A stretch of DNA of 63,950 nucleotides, the filler included, from Octopus bimaculoides (taxonomy: Eukaryota), in the NCBI RefSeq assembly GCF_001194135.2. It is 7 parts of 6 records of this genome, joined end to end, with 100 filler letters (N's around TTAATTAATTAA, not from the genome) between each part and the next. Parts side by side here need not be neighbours in the genome. Positions count along the whole stretch, not along the records: positions 1 to 15,938 come from NC_068982.1; 6 more parts are not named here. One strand, written 5' to 3'. Shown piece by piece: positions 1 to 13,061 of this stretch (position 1 is the first letter of the stretch; each line of letters starts with the position of its first letter). The notes below the pieces were generated by a model. That model was not told the origin of the DNA and searched no databases. It saw only the letters and a program-made list of their open reading frames with translations. The position numbers and the translations under genes were made by a program.

Positions 1-46
<46 letters not shown>

Positions 47-48
<2 letters not shown>

Positions 49-180
49 GACGGGCTTCTTTCAGTTTCCGTCTACTACCAAATCCACTCACAAGGCTTTG
101 GTCGGCCCGAAGTTATAGTAGAAGACACTTGCCCAAGGTGCCACGCAGTGGAACTGAACCCCAAACCATGTGGTTGGGGT
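47..180 (-). mobile_element. SINE family A (tRNA-derived), 5' half
   Basis: Matches the head of the copies at 30259-30639 and 56299-56742 (gggcttctttcagtttccgtc...gaagacacttgcccaaggtgccacgcagtgg) and ends at an internal (TA)n. Confidence 0.85.
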
Positions 181-199
181 TCATATATATATATATTTA

Positions 200-372
200 T
201 ATATATGCGCATGTGTGTGTTTGTGTGTTTTTGTGTCAGTGTTTGTCCCCCACCACCGCTTGACAACCAGTGTTGGTCTGTATATGTCACCGTATCGTAG
301 CGGCTTAAAAATAGATTCATTCTGCTAAAAATTCTTCACGGCGGTGCCCCAGCATGGCTGCAGTCTAAAGAC
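200..372 (+). mobile_element. SINE family A, diverged 3' half
   Basis: gtgtttgtccccc...cttgacaacc...ggcggtgccccagcatggctgcagtc matches the 3' half of the 47315-47756 copy. Confidence 0.75.
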
Positions 373-442
373 TGATATAGACCTTGTATGAAGTGATTCT
401 CAACCAACTACTTTAGCATGTCTAGAAATCACAATGAGCACT

Positions 443-479
<37 letters not shown>

Positions 480-489
480 ATATGTGAGA

Positions 490-680
490 GTGCGTGATCG
501 CCGTTTCGATTCCCTGATTGGGCGGTGCATCGTGTTCATGAGGAAAACACTCTTCACCTCACGTTGCTCTGCGATCACTTTGATCTCTGACATATGACAC
601 TCCAGTCACCTGTACAGGCAATGTCAATTTGAAGAAGACAATGAGCTAATGTGCAGCACAAACATTTGATCACTATATAC
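490..680 (+). mobile_element. SINE family D (tRNA-like head plus tail)
   Basis: B-box-like gtttcgattccc; body and tail (gcacaaacatttgatcactata) recur at 38560-38700 and partly at 40720-40750. Confidence 0.6.
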
Positions 681-1039
681 ACGTCATCTCTTCATATTGT
701 TCAACAAGAAATTGCGAAATCCTCTACAACTTGACTGCCCACGATGCACGTGTGTATGTGTGTACATCTCAGCATTTGTAAGTATGTGTTGTATGTGCAT
801 ACAGCCTGATACATTGAATCACATTTGATTTTATAGGAACAGTACACTGTTAATATCTATTCAATCTTCTTGCATTTGATTTTATCTCGTGCAGCAGGTT
901 GAAAATAAAAAAGGTTAGTATGTAAATTTAATTGATTTCTAAGTCTGTTGTTTTGAAGTCATATTTCAAACTGTTTTATGTAGAGATGGACTGAGTGTCA
1001 AGGTGTATTTTTGAACGGTAATATTTATTCCCGCTTTAA

Positions 1040-1253
1040 GGTGGCGAGATGGCAGAACCTTTAGCACACCAGGCAAAATGCTTAGCGGTATTTCTTCTGT
1101 CTTTACGTTCTAAGTTCAAGTTCTGCCAAGTCAACTTTGCCTTTCATCCTTTGGGGGTCAATAAAATAGGTACCAGTTGAGCACTGGGGTCAATGTCATC
1201 GACTTACCCTCTGTCCTGGACTTGATACACCGGTGCCAAAATTTGAAATCAAT
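1040..1253 (+). mobile_element. SINE family B, diverged copy
   Basis: Aligns along its length to the young copy at 62765-62998. Confidence 0.85.
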
Positions 1254-1815
1254 AGTTATTCTTACTTAAACGTGGATGTTCTGTTAGAACAAACTTTCTT
1301 GTGGCGGATACCATGAGAGAAATTCTCACCGTGCATTTTGCGCCAAAAGCCTATACGGGAGTTTTTCCCATGATATTTACCGCAGTAAAGTGTGTTCTAA
1401 CAGATCATCTATGTGTAAGTGGGAATAAGTATTAACTCTCGGTACTAATACTGCCTCTGTCGCTAATACATGTATTTATCAAGCTCACTGGCTAATTGCG
1501 GCACCAGTTCCTGTTCAGGCACTGATTTTCTATATATCGCTGACAGGGAGATAAGTTACTGCTATCTCAAGCGGTCGTGTGTCCATCACCGATAAGACCA
1601 ATCAAGGTCGAAATCTCGTTATCTGGTGCTCTCAGCGCTGGATTTGGTGGGGATTTACTTCACTGCATAGCGATCTACACAAGCGCGCATTTTGCGCAAG
1701 AGCCTATATGAGAGTTTCTCATGTGGTATCTCTACCGCAGTGAAGTTTGTTCTAACAGAATATTCACGTTTAATTCGGAATAAATATCATCTCTTGATAC
1801 TAATACTGCCTGTGT
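1248..1815. repeat. Nested palindrome plus direct repeat (foldback/MITE-like)
   Basis: Arms ~1248-1328 and ~1348-1433 are reverse complements; 1331-1460 recurs in direct orientation at 1685-1815. Confidence 0.75.
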
Positions 1816-1859
1816 ATGCCATTCCAAATATTCCTAATTCTACACAGTTTGATGTATTT

Positions 1860-2060
1860 CAGCGGTCCCCAACCTTTTTGCACCAAGGTCCAGTTTCATG
1901 CAAAGCAATTTTTCCATGGACTGAGGTACGAACCTACCAACTACGACAGCCAGTAAAACACATATACAAGTAAAGAAGTTTTTTCCACACGGCCCGAAAC
2001 CAGCTGATTCAAAGTCCGATACTGGTCCGCCGTCTGATGGTTTGTCTGCAGTTCCTACTG
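1860..2060. mobile_element. Non-autonomous hAT (Charlie-type) MITE
   Basis: Starts with cagcggtccccaacctttttgcacc, a Charlie/MER1-like terminus; the other end has a degenerate ggcccg...ccgatactggtccgc motif. Confidence 0.7.
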
Positions 2061-2349
2061 TGTATCGAAGTTTATTTAAACCTAGAGATAATTTGCTAGC
2101 CACATTTGCTTCAGTTACTGTATTCGTCTTTATTATAAGCCTTTGATGTTTCTTGTCGGAAAACTTTGTTTCTATGCTGAAAATGAAGAGTCTTTTAGTC
2201 TCTGCTCTTTGACCTACGCTTTTTTGGTCAATCTTGGGATTTCTCATTGTCTACTTCCAATCGGTTCAGATTTATCAGTATTGACAATGCGGGGGCTTTC
2301 CTTTCTATCGTTTCATCATGGTATTTCACGGTTTCAGTTTTTACTTACA

Positions 2350-3560
2350 ATTTAACCATTTTATGATTTATGTTTTTCTTCATGGCTATCTGTTAATGCA
2401 ACATCTGTTTTGTATTGTTTACCCCTTAAAGGCAGAAAACAGTTCTTTATTTATTTTGTCAATACTTCGTATTATTTGCCATGATTCTGTACCAGATATT
2501 TTAGTAGCTCTAGGGTATTTTTTATAATATTTTTCTAATCTAATATGGTCCTACCACCTTGTTTACGTAGTATATATATGTTCTCAGTCAGATTATCGCT
2601 GGTGTGTTCTAAGCGTAATCCTTATTTACCTTGCTTTCTGTCCTGTCTTTTTAGTACAGTCTACTTGCGTGTATTGTAAATGCAATATACGACCAGAACA
2701 TCTAGAGTATTGTTGTCTCTTACCTTATTTTACTTTTCACTTTCAATTCCATGTGAAGTATAACATGATTCGTCTATAATATTCTTTTCTAATCTTTTCA
2801 TCTATTTCTGTGTGTTGTAAACTGTCAACTACATTGATTCTTTAGCATTTGTATGTGTATGTTTGGTCTAAAACTTTTATCTCAGTTTCTTTATCTAGTA
2901 TGATATTAGTGTTCTTAATTAATTTATTAACCTTCCTCACGGTCGTTTTGGCGAGTTTTTCTAAGCCGAATCTCAAACCGATTTCAGTGATAAATCTGCG
3001 TATTATAAGAGTGATATTTCCAGTTGCTTTTGTTTTATCATACCATTTGTGTCCTATATTAAAAGTCTAATTTTACCTCATGTCTGAATTTATACCAATA
3101 GGTTTTACTAATTTTAGTGTGACGGTTTTTTTACTTTTGTTAATTTATGTGTTGTTATGGAGATGAGTACGTTTTCAGAGAATAGTTTGAATATCGTTTG
3201 CCATGGAGTTGTATTAGCTTGGTGTATTGCATAGGCAATGTCGAGAGAAAAAGTGTTGTTGTTAGCTTGAAGAGATGCAAATGTGTTAGCGAGGGTTTAT
3301 TTCTTTGTAAAGTGAATTCATTAGCGTTGCTGCTGCGTTATTTATAGTGCTTTCTTTAGTGTCTTATAATGAAATGTATTGTGTACATTGACATCCCCGT
3401 AATAATGGTATCTGGGATTGTTTGGAGGCCTTATGGCTAAAATGTGCCAACAGTAGGGCAATTAGTTTTTGATTTTAAACCAGGAAGGCTACAGTGAAGC
3501 CTAGTCGAAACATTAATTAAGATAACTAGAGAAGTTCTGTTAATATCCCATTACTGCTTG
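2350..3560 (-). mobile_element. Degenerate R4/Dong-type non-LTR retrotransposon, late RT/thumb region
   Basis: Minus-strand translation RRFITEIGLRFGLEKLAKTT...LDKETEIKVLDQTYTYK...IDEKIRKEYYRR parallels GFTNEIDMKFGLEKCAKAT...LDKANEIRELDQSQTYK at 61.3-61.4 kb; many stops and frameshifts. Confidence 0.75.
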
Positions 3561-3984
3561 AGTATAGTTTTTAGTGTCAAGAAATATCTCATGGGCTCTG
3601 GTTGAAACTAATTTTAAGAAAAATTGTGTGTTGCTTCAGAAAACTGATCTACATTATAGATTTCTCCATTAGAGAAAATGATTTATTCTGCTTATACCCC
3701 TAATCTGAATTTTGTACCTATTAAAGAGGACCTTTTTCATGCGAGGATTATTCAACTCATTAAAGTGTTTCTCATACAATGATATGTTTTCCCGTTTATA
3801 CGTTATAATCATAGAAATAGCATATATTCATTGTATGCACATTATATGCTGTAGGTAGCAGTTGAAAATAAAAGCCTGTGTTTTGCAAGTCATTTGCTGT
3901 TGCTGTGATTATGCTTGATTAAAATTCTATCGTCTTATCGAATTTTATAATAATTATGCTGCTTGTCATTGCGTTACTTAGCTT

Positions 3985-4935
3985 GTCGGTAACGCTTCCA
4001 CGCGATGTGAAAAAAAGAGGGAGAGAGAAAAGAGAGCGAGAGAGAGAGAGAGAAAACGAGGGAGGGAGAAAAATAGAGAGAAAGAGAAGCGTCCATGACG
4101 TGTGGTAGAGCGAATGTAATTGTAACGCTTTCACGTGATTAGTTGAAGCCTAAGGGAGGAGAAAGAAAAAGGAGAAAAAGAGGATAAGGCGAAGAGTGAG
4201 ACAAAAAGAGGGAGAAAGAAAATGAAACAGAGAAGCGTTCATGACGTGAGGTAGGGGGAACATAATATTTAATACGCGGTTAAAAAAGTTAATTCACGGT
4301 AGAGGAAGTGAGTTAAAAATGTAATTTTAGCAGACTGGTGATGTTCTGATGGTGAGGTTAAAGAAAGTCAGAGGAGAGGGGGAGAGAGAGGAGGGAGTGA
4401 GAGAGGAAGCAGAGAGAGGAAGAAGAGAGAGGGGAGAAAGAAAAGCAAGAGAGACGAGAAAGAGGACAGAGTGGAGATAGAGTGAGAGGGGGGAGAGATA
4501 TGATGATGGTGGTGGTGGTGGTGATTAGATAATGAAAAATGTATTTTTTTAATAATTGAAATAAATTTTTATATCACCTAAGTGCAATTATGTGAAATAT
4601 TCACGCTTATTTACGTGGCAGATATTTGCAATTTAACTAAACTAAAGGTTGTATCATATGTACGGGACTTTTTCTTTGTTTATGGTGAAAATGGAAAACT
4701 AAGAGCGAATATTTATTTCATGAGTCCTGTATATTAAAGTCTATAAAATTGTACATAAAATATATAAAGTTTATATATAAAGTGCATTAAGTAATCATCG
4801 TATTCCAATTTTTTTCACTTTTCAATGAGCGACTATGTTTCCATACAGACACAACAGAGGCTACGTTTCAGGTTTTTTGAATAAAGTTTTCAATAATAAC
4901 CATTGCTTCCGTGAAATAATCACGCGTCCCGCTAG
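3985..4935 (+). mobile_element. Non-autonomous Helitron, 3' part (5' end not defined)
   Basis: Hairpin cgtga-aataa-tcacg (4910-4924) then CTAG|T at 4932-4936; two internal ~140-bp units (taacgctt...agagaagcgt(c/t)catgacgtg) separated by GA-rich tracts. Confidence 0.65.
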
Positions 4936-7900
4936 TTTTATAATAAATGATGTAAGGTTTGTATGAGATTGAAAGGTGGTATGCATAATAATTACCATTT
5001 TAAACCGTTCTCTAATACACAGTCGGTCTACGTCTACTAAACATAGCAGAAATATTGGCTGAATATATGATTTATTAGTTAGAAGTAATGTTTTATTTTA
5101 TAGTTTTGTATTGGTGCGATCAATTGTCTGCAATATTTCACTTTTCAGTAAAAGATATTACCAAACCATATGCTATGGCTTTTACTACAAATATATTCAT
5201 TCCAGATTTAAATTTCCATTATGATTTATATATTTTACATTCACCTACGCACAAATATTTATAACAGTCAAAATCATAAGCCTCTTATTTTACATTCCTT
5301 CGTGGAGTTGTATTATTTCGTTTAACCCTTTGTTTGATTAACTTCATATAGTTTCAAATAAAAGATTTCTCGTAAGGAAACAGTAAATAATTCATAATTT
5401 AAAATTACGTTTTTTTAGATCATATTTTTTTTTATATGAGTCTTTCTCGCAGGAATCCAAATCATATTCGACATTAACTCCATACTTGTTGCTACATCAG
5501 ATACCAGTGTCTATTTCTTATACCACTTCTTTTTCCCATACATATATGTGGTGTATGTGTGTGTGTGGGCGTGCGTGTGTGTATGTATTCACACACACAT
5601 ATATAAATAATAGCATAAAAAAAAGACTATGACAAAACGAGTTACTTCATCAGACCCAAATGAGTATCTCATATTTTTGTTCAAATCACACACAAATTCG
5701 TCTTGTCTTTTAATTTCCTATAACTGATGAAATAAATATTTGTAATATAGCGAGGATGTATGGATAGAATATATTCCTTCTTCTTATGTGGAAGCAACTA
5801 ATATTTAAGAAAGTAATCAATATTTTTGTATTCAGTTGACATAACTGTATCGATTTGACATTTCTTCGTCTCTTTGATGTGAATCTATTTTATATATGTG
5901 GATACTTTTAGTACCTGTGTAGCTGTCAATCCAGCGTAACTATATACCCTGTTCATCAACAATTTTTTTGTATCATATCGTTTGTCGTTAAGGTCTACAA
6001 TCTTTGGGTTTCTTCAGAACAATCATGTCTTGGATTGATGTAATGTAAATGAAATTTAAATGACGAGGGATATGTTGTAAAGGGATATGTTGTAAAAAAT
6101 ATCCAGAGTTGCAATATTTTTGAATAAAGAATAACTTCTTTCATCCTTTAAGAGGAACAGTGCTTGTTGGTTATTAATATGAGACGTAGTTGCAAATGTT
6201 GTGATTAATTGTAAGTGCATTATTGTTGGCAATTTCTGGAAGGCAGAGTTTGTCAAAAATAATAATGGAAGAATCAAAGACGATGCATTTCAATCTAATT
6301 TTCTGAACTGTTAATGAAAGAAGAGAATTAAATCTTCTAGAAATATTTTCCTTTCATTCACCTTTGTTGAATGTGACCTTGATTAGAGTAGGTGTTAGAG
6401 TCAATGTTAAACGATTATTGGGTGACTTGACTTTGAGCCATAGCACCGTCCAGTTGGCAAATCTGCAGTAGTGGCCTAATTAGTTCTCATTGTTTCTCTA
6501 AGCTTCACAACCAGTAAGAGACCATTACTGTTGCATTTCGCTACAAATAGCTTACGTCTCTAGCAATTATTCAATGGCTGTCAGCATACTCCATACTGAG
6601 TGAACAGACAATCCTTTACGAGTAACCTCGAATACAGTCCTCCATTCGTTCCCCTTAAAATTTTGTAAAAGTTCTAGCATTTGGCACTCCTTATCCAAAC
6701 ATTTGATTAATCTTTTCTCACGAAACTGTAAGCTCGGTTACGATCAGCTCTCTTGTTTTCTCATTATCAGAACATTAATTAAAAGTAGACTTTTAGTTTA
6801 TTGCTAATTTAAGATATAATTTCTTCTCATAAAATATTTAACTTATATAATTCTTCGTCGTAATTATTTCCCTTCCATCGTATTCTACCCTTTTAAAGCA
6901 TTTCTGTGCTTTTAAACCATATCTATTAATATCCTTTTAGCTCATGTGAGCTGAAATCAGTTAATCTCATCGTATCTTATTTGATATTTTATTCTTCAAC
7001 ACGAAACTTGTCTTTCTTATCTCATCTCATTTCATATTGTTAATTGCATATCACCTTAAATATTATCTTCTTTCACGCCGTGAACTCACCTTATTGATCG
7101 GCATCACATTTTAATTGACTCTCAAATACCATCTTACTTCAGTACACGTATATCGTTGTTGAAGGAAGCGTCAAACACAATTACATGTACAACAGATTTG
7201 TATATTCACCATTACTCCTTCATCTACAACAACAATTATTTGAAAAATAATTATGACAGATTATTGAAGGAAAACAGAAGCAATAAAAATATCGGTTACC
7301 TTTAAAACAACAACAATATCAAATACTATAATATTAACTGAAATTGCACCAGTAATTAAGCCTACATCTGCAGCAGGTTTAATTATGTAAGCATTAATCA
7401 GATCAACAATGATGACATCATCGATACAAAGCACTTATGATTTTGCGCTGCGTAGATACAATAAAACGTTATGAAGAAAATTATACTTATTCTATAGCTT
7501 TTTTTCTCTTCCAGTGTTTGAAAACAAGGGGGAAATTCTCTAAAAACGGAGTGCAAACATACGTTACTAAATGATACAATTATTACGAAATGCTGTTGAG
7601 ATATCTGTTAAAGATGCATAAAAACCAATTGGAACAGACTGAGATAGTGTGTGCATATGTGTAACAATTTGTATGCATATATGTATGCATGCGTGTATGT
7701 ATGTATGTATGTATGTATGTATATGGAATCAGAAATATGCATAGCTATTTTAAGCAAAAGAGAAAGCAAAATGTAAGATAATGATTGTTTTAGATTCTCA
7801 ATTAAGTAAATGATATACCTTTCCTTTCATGGATTTCAGTGTTAATTTTTGCCTCATCATAACATCAATTGTCTTTGCGATTCTAGTTTATAAATATCTA

Positions 7901-8482
7901 ATGAGAAAACTGGATTAACATAATCAGACTTGCAATAAATCTATGCGCTCGAGATGAAATTTTCCATATTCACAGATAAAGATTTAATTTCTTCAAAGAT
8001 ACGAAATATCGATAAGTGATGTTATGATTATCTGAAACGTTTCGAAATGGGAAGTCTGTGAAATTAAGGCAACATAAAGATAACCCAGAAACCTCTAATA
8101 TAGAAGGATAGAGCAGAAGGAAAACTACAAAATGCAAAATCAAGAATGTGTGACAAGGGCATGTTCGGAAACTGTGTAGAAGAGCACAACAACTATCTGT
8201 CAGAGGACTGTAAAATAATATTCCTAATGGAGTGCATGTATCTAAGTTGATACATATTTTACAGTGAAAATAAATTACATTGGAAAACTAATTTTATATT
8301 TTATATTCTTATTTATTTATTTATTTATTTTGGCTTTTCATTACAACGTTGCGGGACATAAACATGGGAATTACTTTTCAAAGTTTGTTTATGTAAAGAC
8401 AGTCACAAAGACATGCATAATATAGAGACACATACATACAGAGTACAATTATATACGTACAATGTACACACACACGTAAACT

Positions 8483-8779
8483 GGCACTCCGTCGGTTATG
8501 ACGAAGAGGGTTCCAGTTGATCCTTCTCGTGAAATTAACGTGTATGTGGCTGAGCATTCCGCAGACATGTGTACCGTTAACGTAATTCTCGGGGAGATTC
8601 AGCGTGACAGTGTGTAACAAGACTGGCCCTTTGAACTACAGGTACTATTCATTTTTGCCAGCTGAGTGGACTGGAGCAATGTGGAATAAAATGACTTGTT
8701 CAAGGACACAACGCGTCGCAGGGAATTGAACTCAGTATCTTACGATCGTTAGCCGAATACCCTAACCACTAGGCCACGG
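8483..8779 (-). mobile_element. SINE family C, near full length
   Basis: On the minus strand: tRNA-like A/B boxes (gtggcctagtggttaggg...gagttcaattccc) and 3' end ggaaccctc...gacggagtgcca, shared with 14922, 27883, 37264 and 51001. Confidence 0.85.
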
Positions 8780-8825
8780 AGCTTCACTACACACTCATAC
8801 ATAATACAATTACATACATACATAC

Positions 8826-8907
8826 AAACACACACACACATACATACATACATACATACATACATACATACATACATACATACATACATACATACATACA
8901 TACATAC
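8826..8907. repeat. (TACA)n microsatellite
   Basis: Direct reading. Confidence 0.95.
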
Positions 8908-8994
8908 GTGCCCTGTTGACGTTGAAATTCCAATGAAGGAGTCTTGGATCTAGGTTAAAAATCGGCGCTTTGTCTATTGACAAGAATTTTTTTC

Positions 8995-9132
8995 TACTCT
9001 AAGCACAAGGCACGAAATTTTTGGGAGGGGGCTAGTCGATTAGATCGACCCAGTACGCAACTAGTACTTAATCTATCGATCCCGAAAAGATGAAAGGCAA
9101 AGTCGACCTCAGCGGGATTTGAACTCAGAACG
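8995..9132 (-). mobile_element. SINE family B, partial
   Basis: gatgaaaggcaaagtcgacctcagcgggatttgaactcagaacg is the reverse complement of the family B core. Confidence 0.85.
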
Positions 9133-9204
9133 GAATTTGAACTAGAAATATTGAAATAAAAGTGAATAATGATACACATACACACATACATACATACATA
9201 CATA

Positions 9205-9410
9205 CATACGTGTGTTTGTATGGCGAGTTTCCACAGTTTCCGTTTACCAATTTCACTCACAAGGCATTGGTTTTTGTGAAAGATTTGCCCAAGTTGCCAT
9301 GCAATGAGACCAAATCTGGGATCCCATGGTTGCAGAACGAACTTATTAAACATACAGTAATGTGTGTGCTTATTCTTAACCACATAACCATACCAGCGCC
9401 TATTCTTCAC
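9205..9410 (-). mobile_element. SINE family A-like, old and degenerate
   Basis: cagtttccgtttaccaatttcactcacaaggcattgg...gatttgcccaagttgccatgca resembles the family A head. Confidence 0.6.
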
Positions 9411-10337
9411 CAAACAGCTGCGCTTAATTTATTTCAATGTATGCATTTATTTCAATCCTGAATACAAACTGCACTTGCTACTACAGTGTAATTAACGGAA
9501 AAGTTTGTTATTACCCATACAAATACAAACGCACACATACGCACGCACGCACGCACGCATGCACGCACGCACGCACACACGTACACACACACACACACAC
9601 ACACACTCACACACACACACACACTCATACTCGGACACCACACATTATCATTATTAAATACTCATTTGTGCAAATAATTTTTCATTTCCAAACTTTCGAC
9701 ATAATTTATTTATATTTTACAAGGGTTCATAATTGATTCAGTCATCACTTCCCATCTTCCTCATTTCATCCATGACCTTATGTCAAAAAATGGACAATTT
9801 AGTCAGTACATTAATGGATTTCAAGCATTAATATTTGCTGAGATTCACTAAATTGTTTTATAAGCATATAAAATATACATAGTAATATTCTTATCCCTTA
9901 TGCATAATTTTTATTCGTGTATCATCCGCTCATTTCAAATGTTTTTACTGATTTTTATCTATTAACTCATACATATTTAACTCTTTGTATCTTTTAACTA
10001 TATATTTTAACAGTTATTATTTTTCCTGTTTCCCTTATATTTGAACATGTTTTATCTCTTAACTTATATTTATTTAACGAATGTATTTATACACATCAAA
10101 TGCAAACAGATCAAATTTTTATACTAATAATATGGGCAAAATATTCTTTGTTTCTTCATTTTGGTTTCCTGATATGTATTCTGCTGTTTTGCTGGCAACT
10201 TTGGTGGTTATGTTATTACGTTTACGAATTTTGCAATCAAATTTTATTTTTGTTTACTAAGTGATGGCAATCTTGTCACCCCAGCCTTTCATACATATTG
10301 ACATTTAGTACTGTCTCCTCAATAACACGCAACTCAC

Positions 10338-10390
10338 GAACGTTGGATTCATTTTGCTTGTACTGAAATCACTCAGAACGATGAAGCGGT
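10338..10390 (-). other. Candidate exon (53 nt)
   Basis: ttttcgttttag|ACCGCT...ACGTTC|gtgagt; only one open frame (xRFIVLSDFSTSKMNPTF). Confidence 0.35.
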
Positions 10391-11460
10391 CTAAAACGAA
10401 AACCTTACTTTTTCTGTCTGTCATGTAAGAGACTTTCCTCTTTTCAACCAATAATTCTATTATCATACATGGATTGTAACACTCTCTGTTAATGCGCCCA
10501 ATGCATAAAATTTAGTCGGCTCATGAACACCAATCAATGTCATGTCATTTTCAACTATACTACCGTAATTGCCGCTAAAAAATGACTTAAAAACATGCCA
10601 CGAGATGGTTTTGTGATCTCCGTATTGATCAACAACTATTCACTTATTTTAAATCAACTATTATTTTGTTATTGTATGAACTTTTGTTAATTTTCAACAT
10701 CTCAAGCTGACCAAAGGCCAAGTTCTTAAAACACAAAATGGTGCTTGATGTTTTTACTTCAAATGCGATTACCGACTTATATAGCCTATAGTTTTTTCCC
10801 ATTGTTTACACTACATCCGTCCACTGAGTTAGAAGATCAATTATACTCTTCCTCTCTTAAGAAACAGTTTGTGTCAATTTATACCAGTTACTTTATGCCA
10901 ATTGCTTTCGTTACTTTTATTATGCAGGCGAAAGCTTCCCTGTGAGAAAGATCATGCAACAATTCTAGAATTAATGACAAAAATCTTGAAACTGAACGAA
11001 TGACATAAGGAGTGTTGTCTGACCATTAAGTTCAAATGCTGCATTTATTCAGCTATGCACCGAATCTCTTGTAAGTTTAGTCAAAGTATTCTCAAGCCTC
11101 ATAAAAAGAGCATAATTTTCGATTATCAACTTTCATCATTTTTTAAAGTTACTAAATTTAAAGAAGCAAAATTCCTTTTTTACATAATGGCTTTGCGTAG
11201 CTCTGACACCTTAGACCATGGCATATCGGAGACATTTGTTCCTTCTCAGCACAGGAAGCAGTCATTGTTCTCAATTACATTATTTATCAATGTAATTATC
11301 TCACATGGAGTCTGCTTTAAACTCAGACACGTTTTTTATTGGGTGTGTTAGAAATGAGTTGAATGTTGTTACTACCACGATCCATATATTGGAGGCAATG
11401 CAATCCATCAAACTCTTCTGAAGAATTTATGAAAGAAATACAGGCTCCAAGTACACTTAC

Positions 11461-11516
11461 AACTGGTATACTCATGAATACGCTACGAAGTTAATAAGCA
11501 CGTAGCAGCCTTCGAG
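11461..11516 (-). other. Candidate non-coding exon (56 nt)
   Basis: tttctctgcag|CTCGAA...CCAGTT|gtaagt; stops in all three frames. Confidence 0.3.
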
Positions 11517-11946
11517 CTGCAGAGAAAGCCAAATATTGGTTAAGTATAACCGTACAGTGAGAAAGCAAATGGTTTCGCGATAGACTTTCACAATATGAGG
11601 CAATTCTGTTTGCGCCCTCCCATTTCTTCACTAATTTACTTTCAAATGAATATTTTTTTCTTTTATTATGTCCATATCGATAAAAGGCCGATAAAATTTT
11701 CTCAATAACACTAAAAGTAAAAGATGTTTTACATTACACATTCTACTAGTGTCCCAAGTTTTAAAGTGTTTCGTTAAGAAAACAAGTGGCGCCCGCCAAA
11801 TCAGAAAGATCCCTTACTTTAATTTAATCTAGTTTGAGTATTATTTTGCTTCCCTACATGCCCATAGTGGCCATGTTTTCTTTATCCATTTATATTTTGT
11901 GCGTGCGTGCGTGTGAGTGCGTGTATGTATGTGTGTGTGTGCGTGC

Positions 11947-11989
<43 letters not shown>

Positions 11990-12957
11990 TGTTTGTGTGT
12001 GTGTGTGTTCGTGTATGTACATTAAAGCAAATAATAAACAGGCAAAACATCTGGTATCATTCCATAACATTTAATTTATAATATAAACATAGTGCAAAGT
12101 AGTTATAATAATTACGTGAAGTCTCTTACAAATGCGTCTAGAATACTTAACCATGAAGATCATATGTTAATGAGTAAAGAATTCAAGGTTAGCTAAGTAA
12201 CTTTCTATTCAAAGAAGAAACTAATAACTTTTATTATCCTTTGTCAGATATTCTCCTCGAAACTTCTCTTACGGAATTTCTAATTGACATTATCTTTTAC
12301 CTGGAATGTTATTAACTCTTCGATCATAGAAATACCAAACACACCTATCTTTCACCTTGGTTTCTCGAAGAACTGGTAACTATTAATATCTTCGATTGAG
12401 GGTATTCTACATTTCTATATGTTCTTAGTTTTCTCTCTCCGATGACGGAATACTTAGCTTATGTGGTATTTTTTAATTATTAACATATGATCCACAGGCT
12501 TAGGCATTCTAGAAACAGCTGTAAGAGACTTTACATACTTATCATAACTACTCTGCTCTATGTTATATTACAAATTTACGGTGCCAAATGTTTTTGAGTT
12601 ACACCAGATGTTTTGCTTGTTCATTACCTCTTTTAATGTACAACTCAATCATAAACCACTTCTGGCCATCTTTGATACGCAATTTCGACACCACATTTTG
12701 CAGTTGCTGTTCAAGCCGAAGTTTTACTGGTAAAACAAACTGAGCACTCATAGTACATACTTATTACATTACATCAGTTGACAAAATTTGTTTTGTGTAT
12801 ACGATATATATGTATGTGTGTGTGTGTGTCTAGCTACCCAAAAAGTTTCCATGTGTTACAAAATAAGGCACTTGTATATTAGGTAGCAGCATGGGTATAT
12901 TATCATTATTATATAATATTTTAGCGTCCTAACAACCAAACAATGTTGCCAAACGGC

Positions 12958-13061
12958 TTCATGCTTATAATCTTCCAGAACTGGGGAGATAAATTAGCAA
13001 TCAAAGGATGTGCCCGATGATTGCTAATATCTCACAATTTCTGGAACGTTATCAGCATGAA
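12958..13061. ncRNA. Long hairpin, pre-miRNA-like candidate
   Basis: Hand pairing gives 39 bp (one G-U), five single mismatches, a 2-nt bulge and a 14-nt loop; no second copy seen in the window. Confidence 0.45.
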
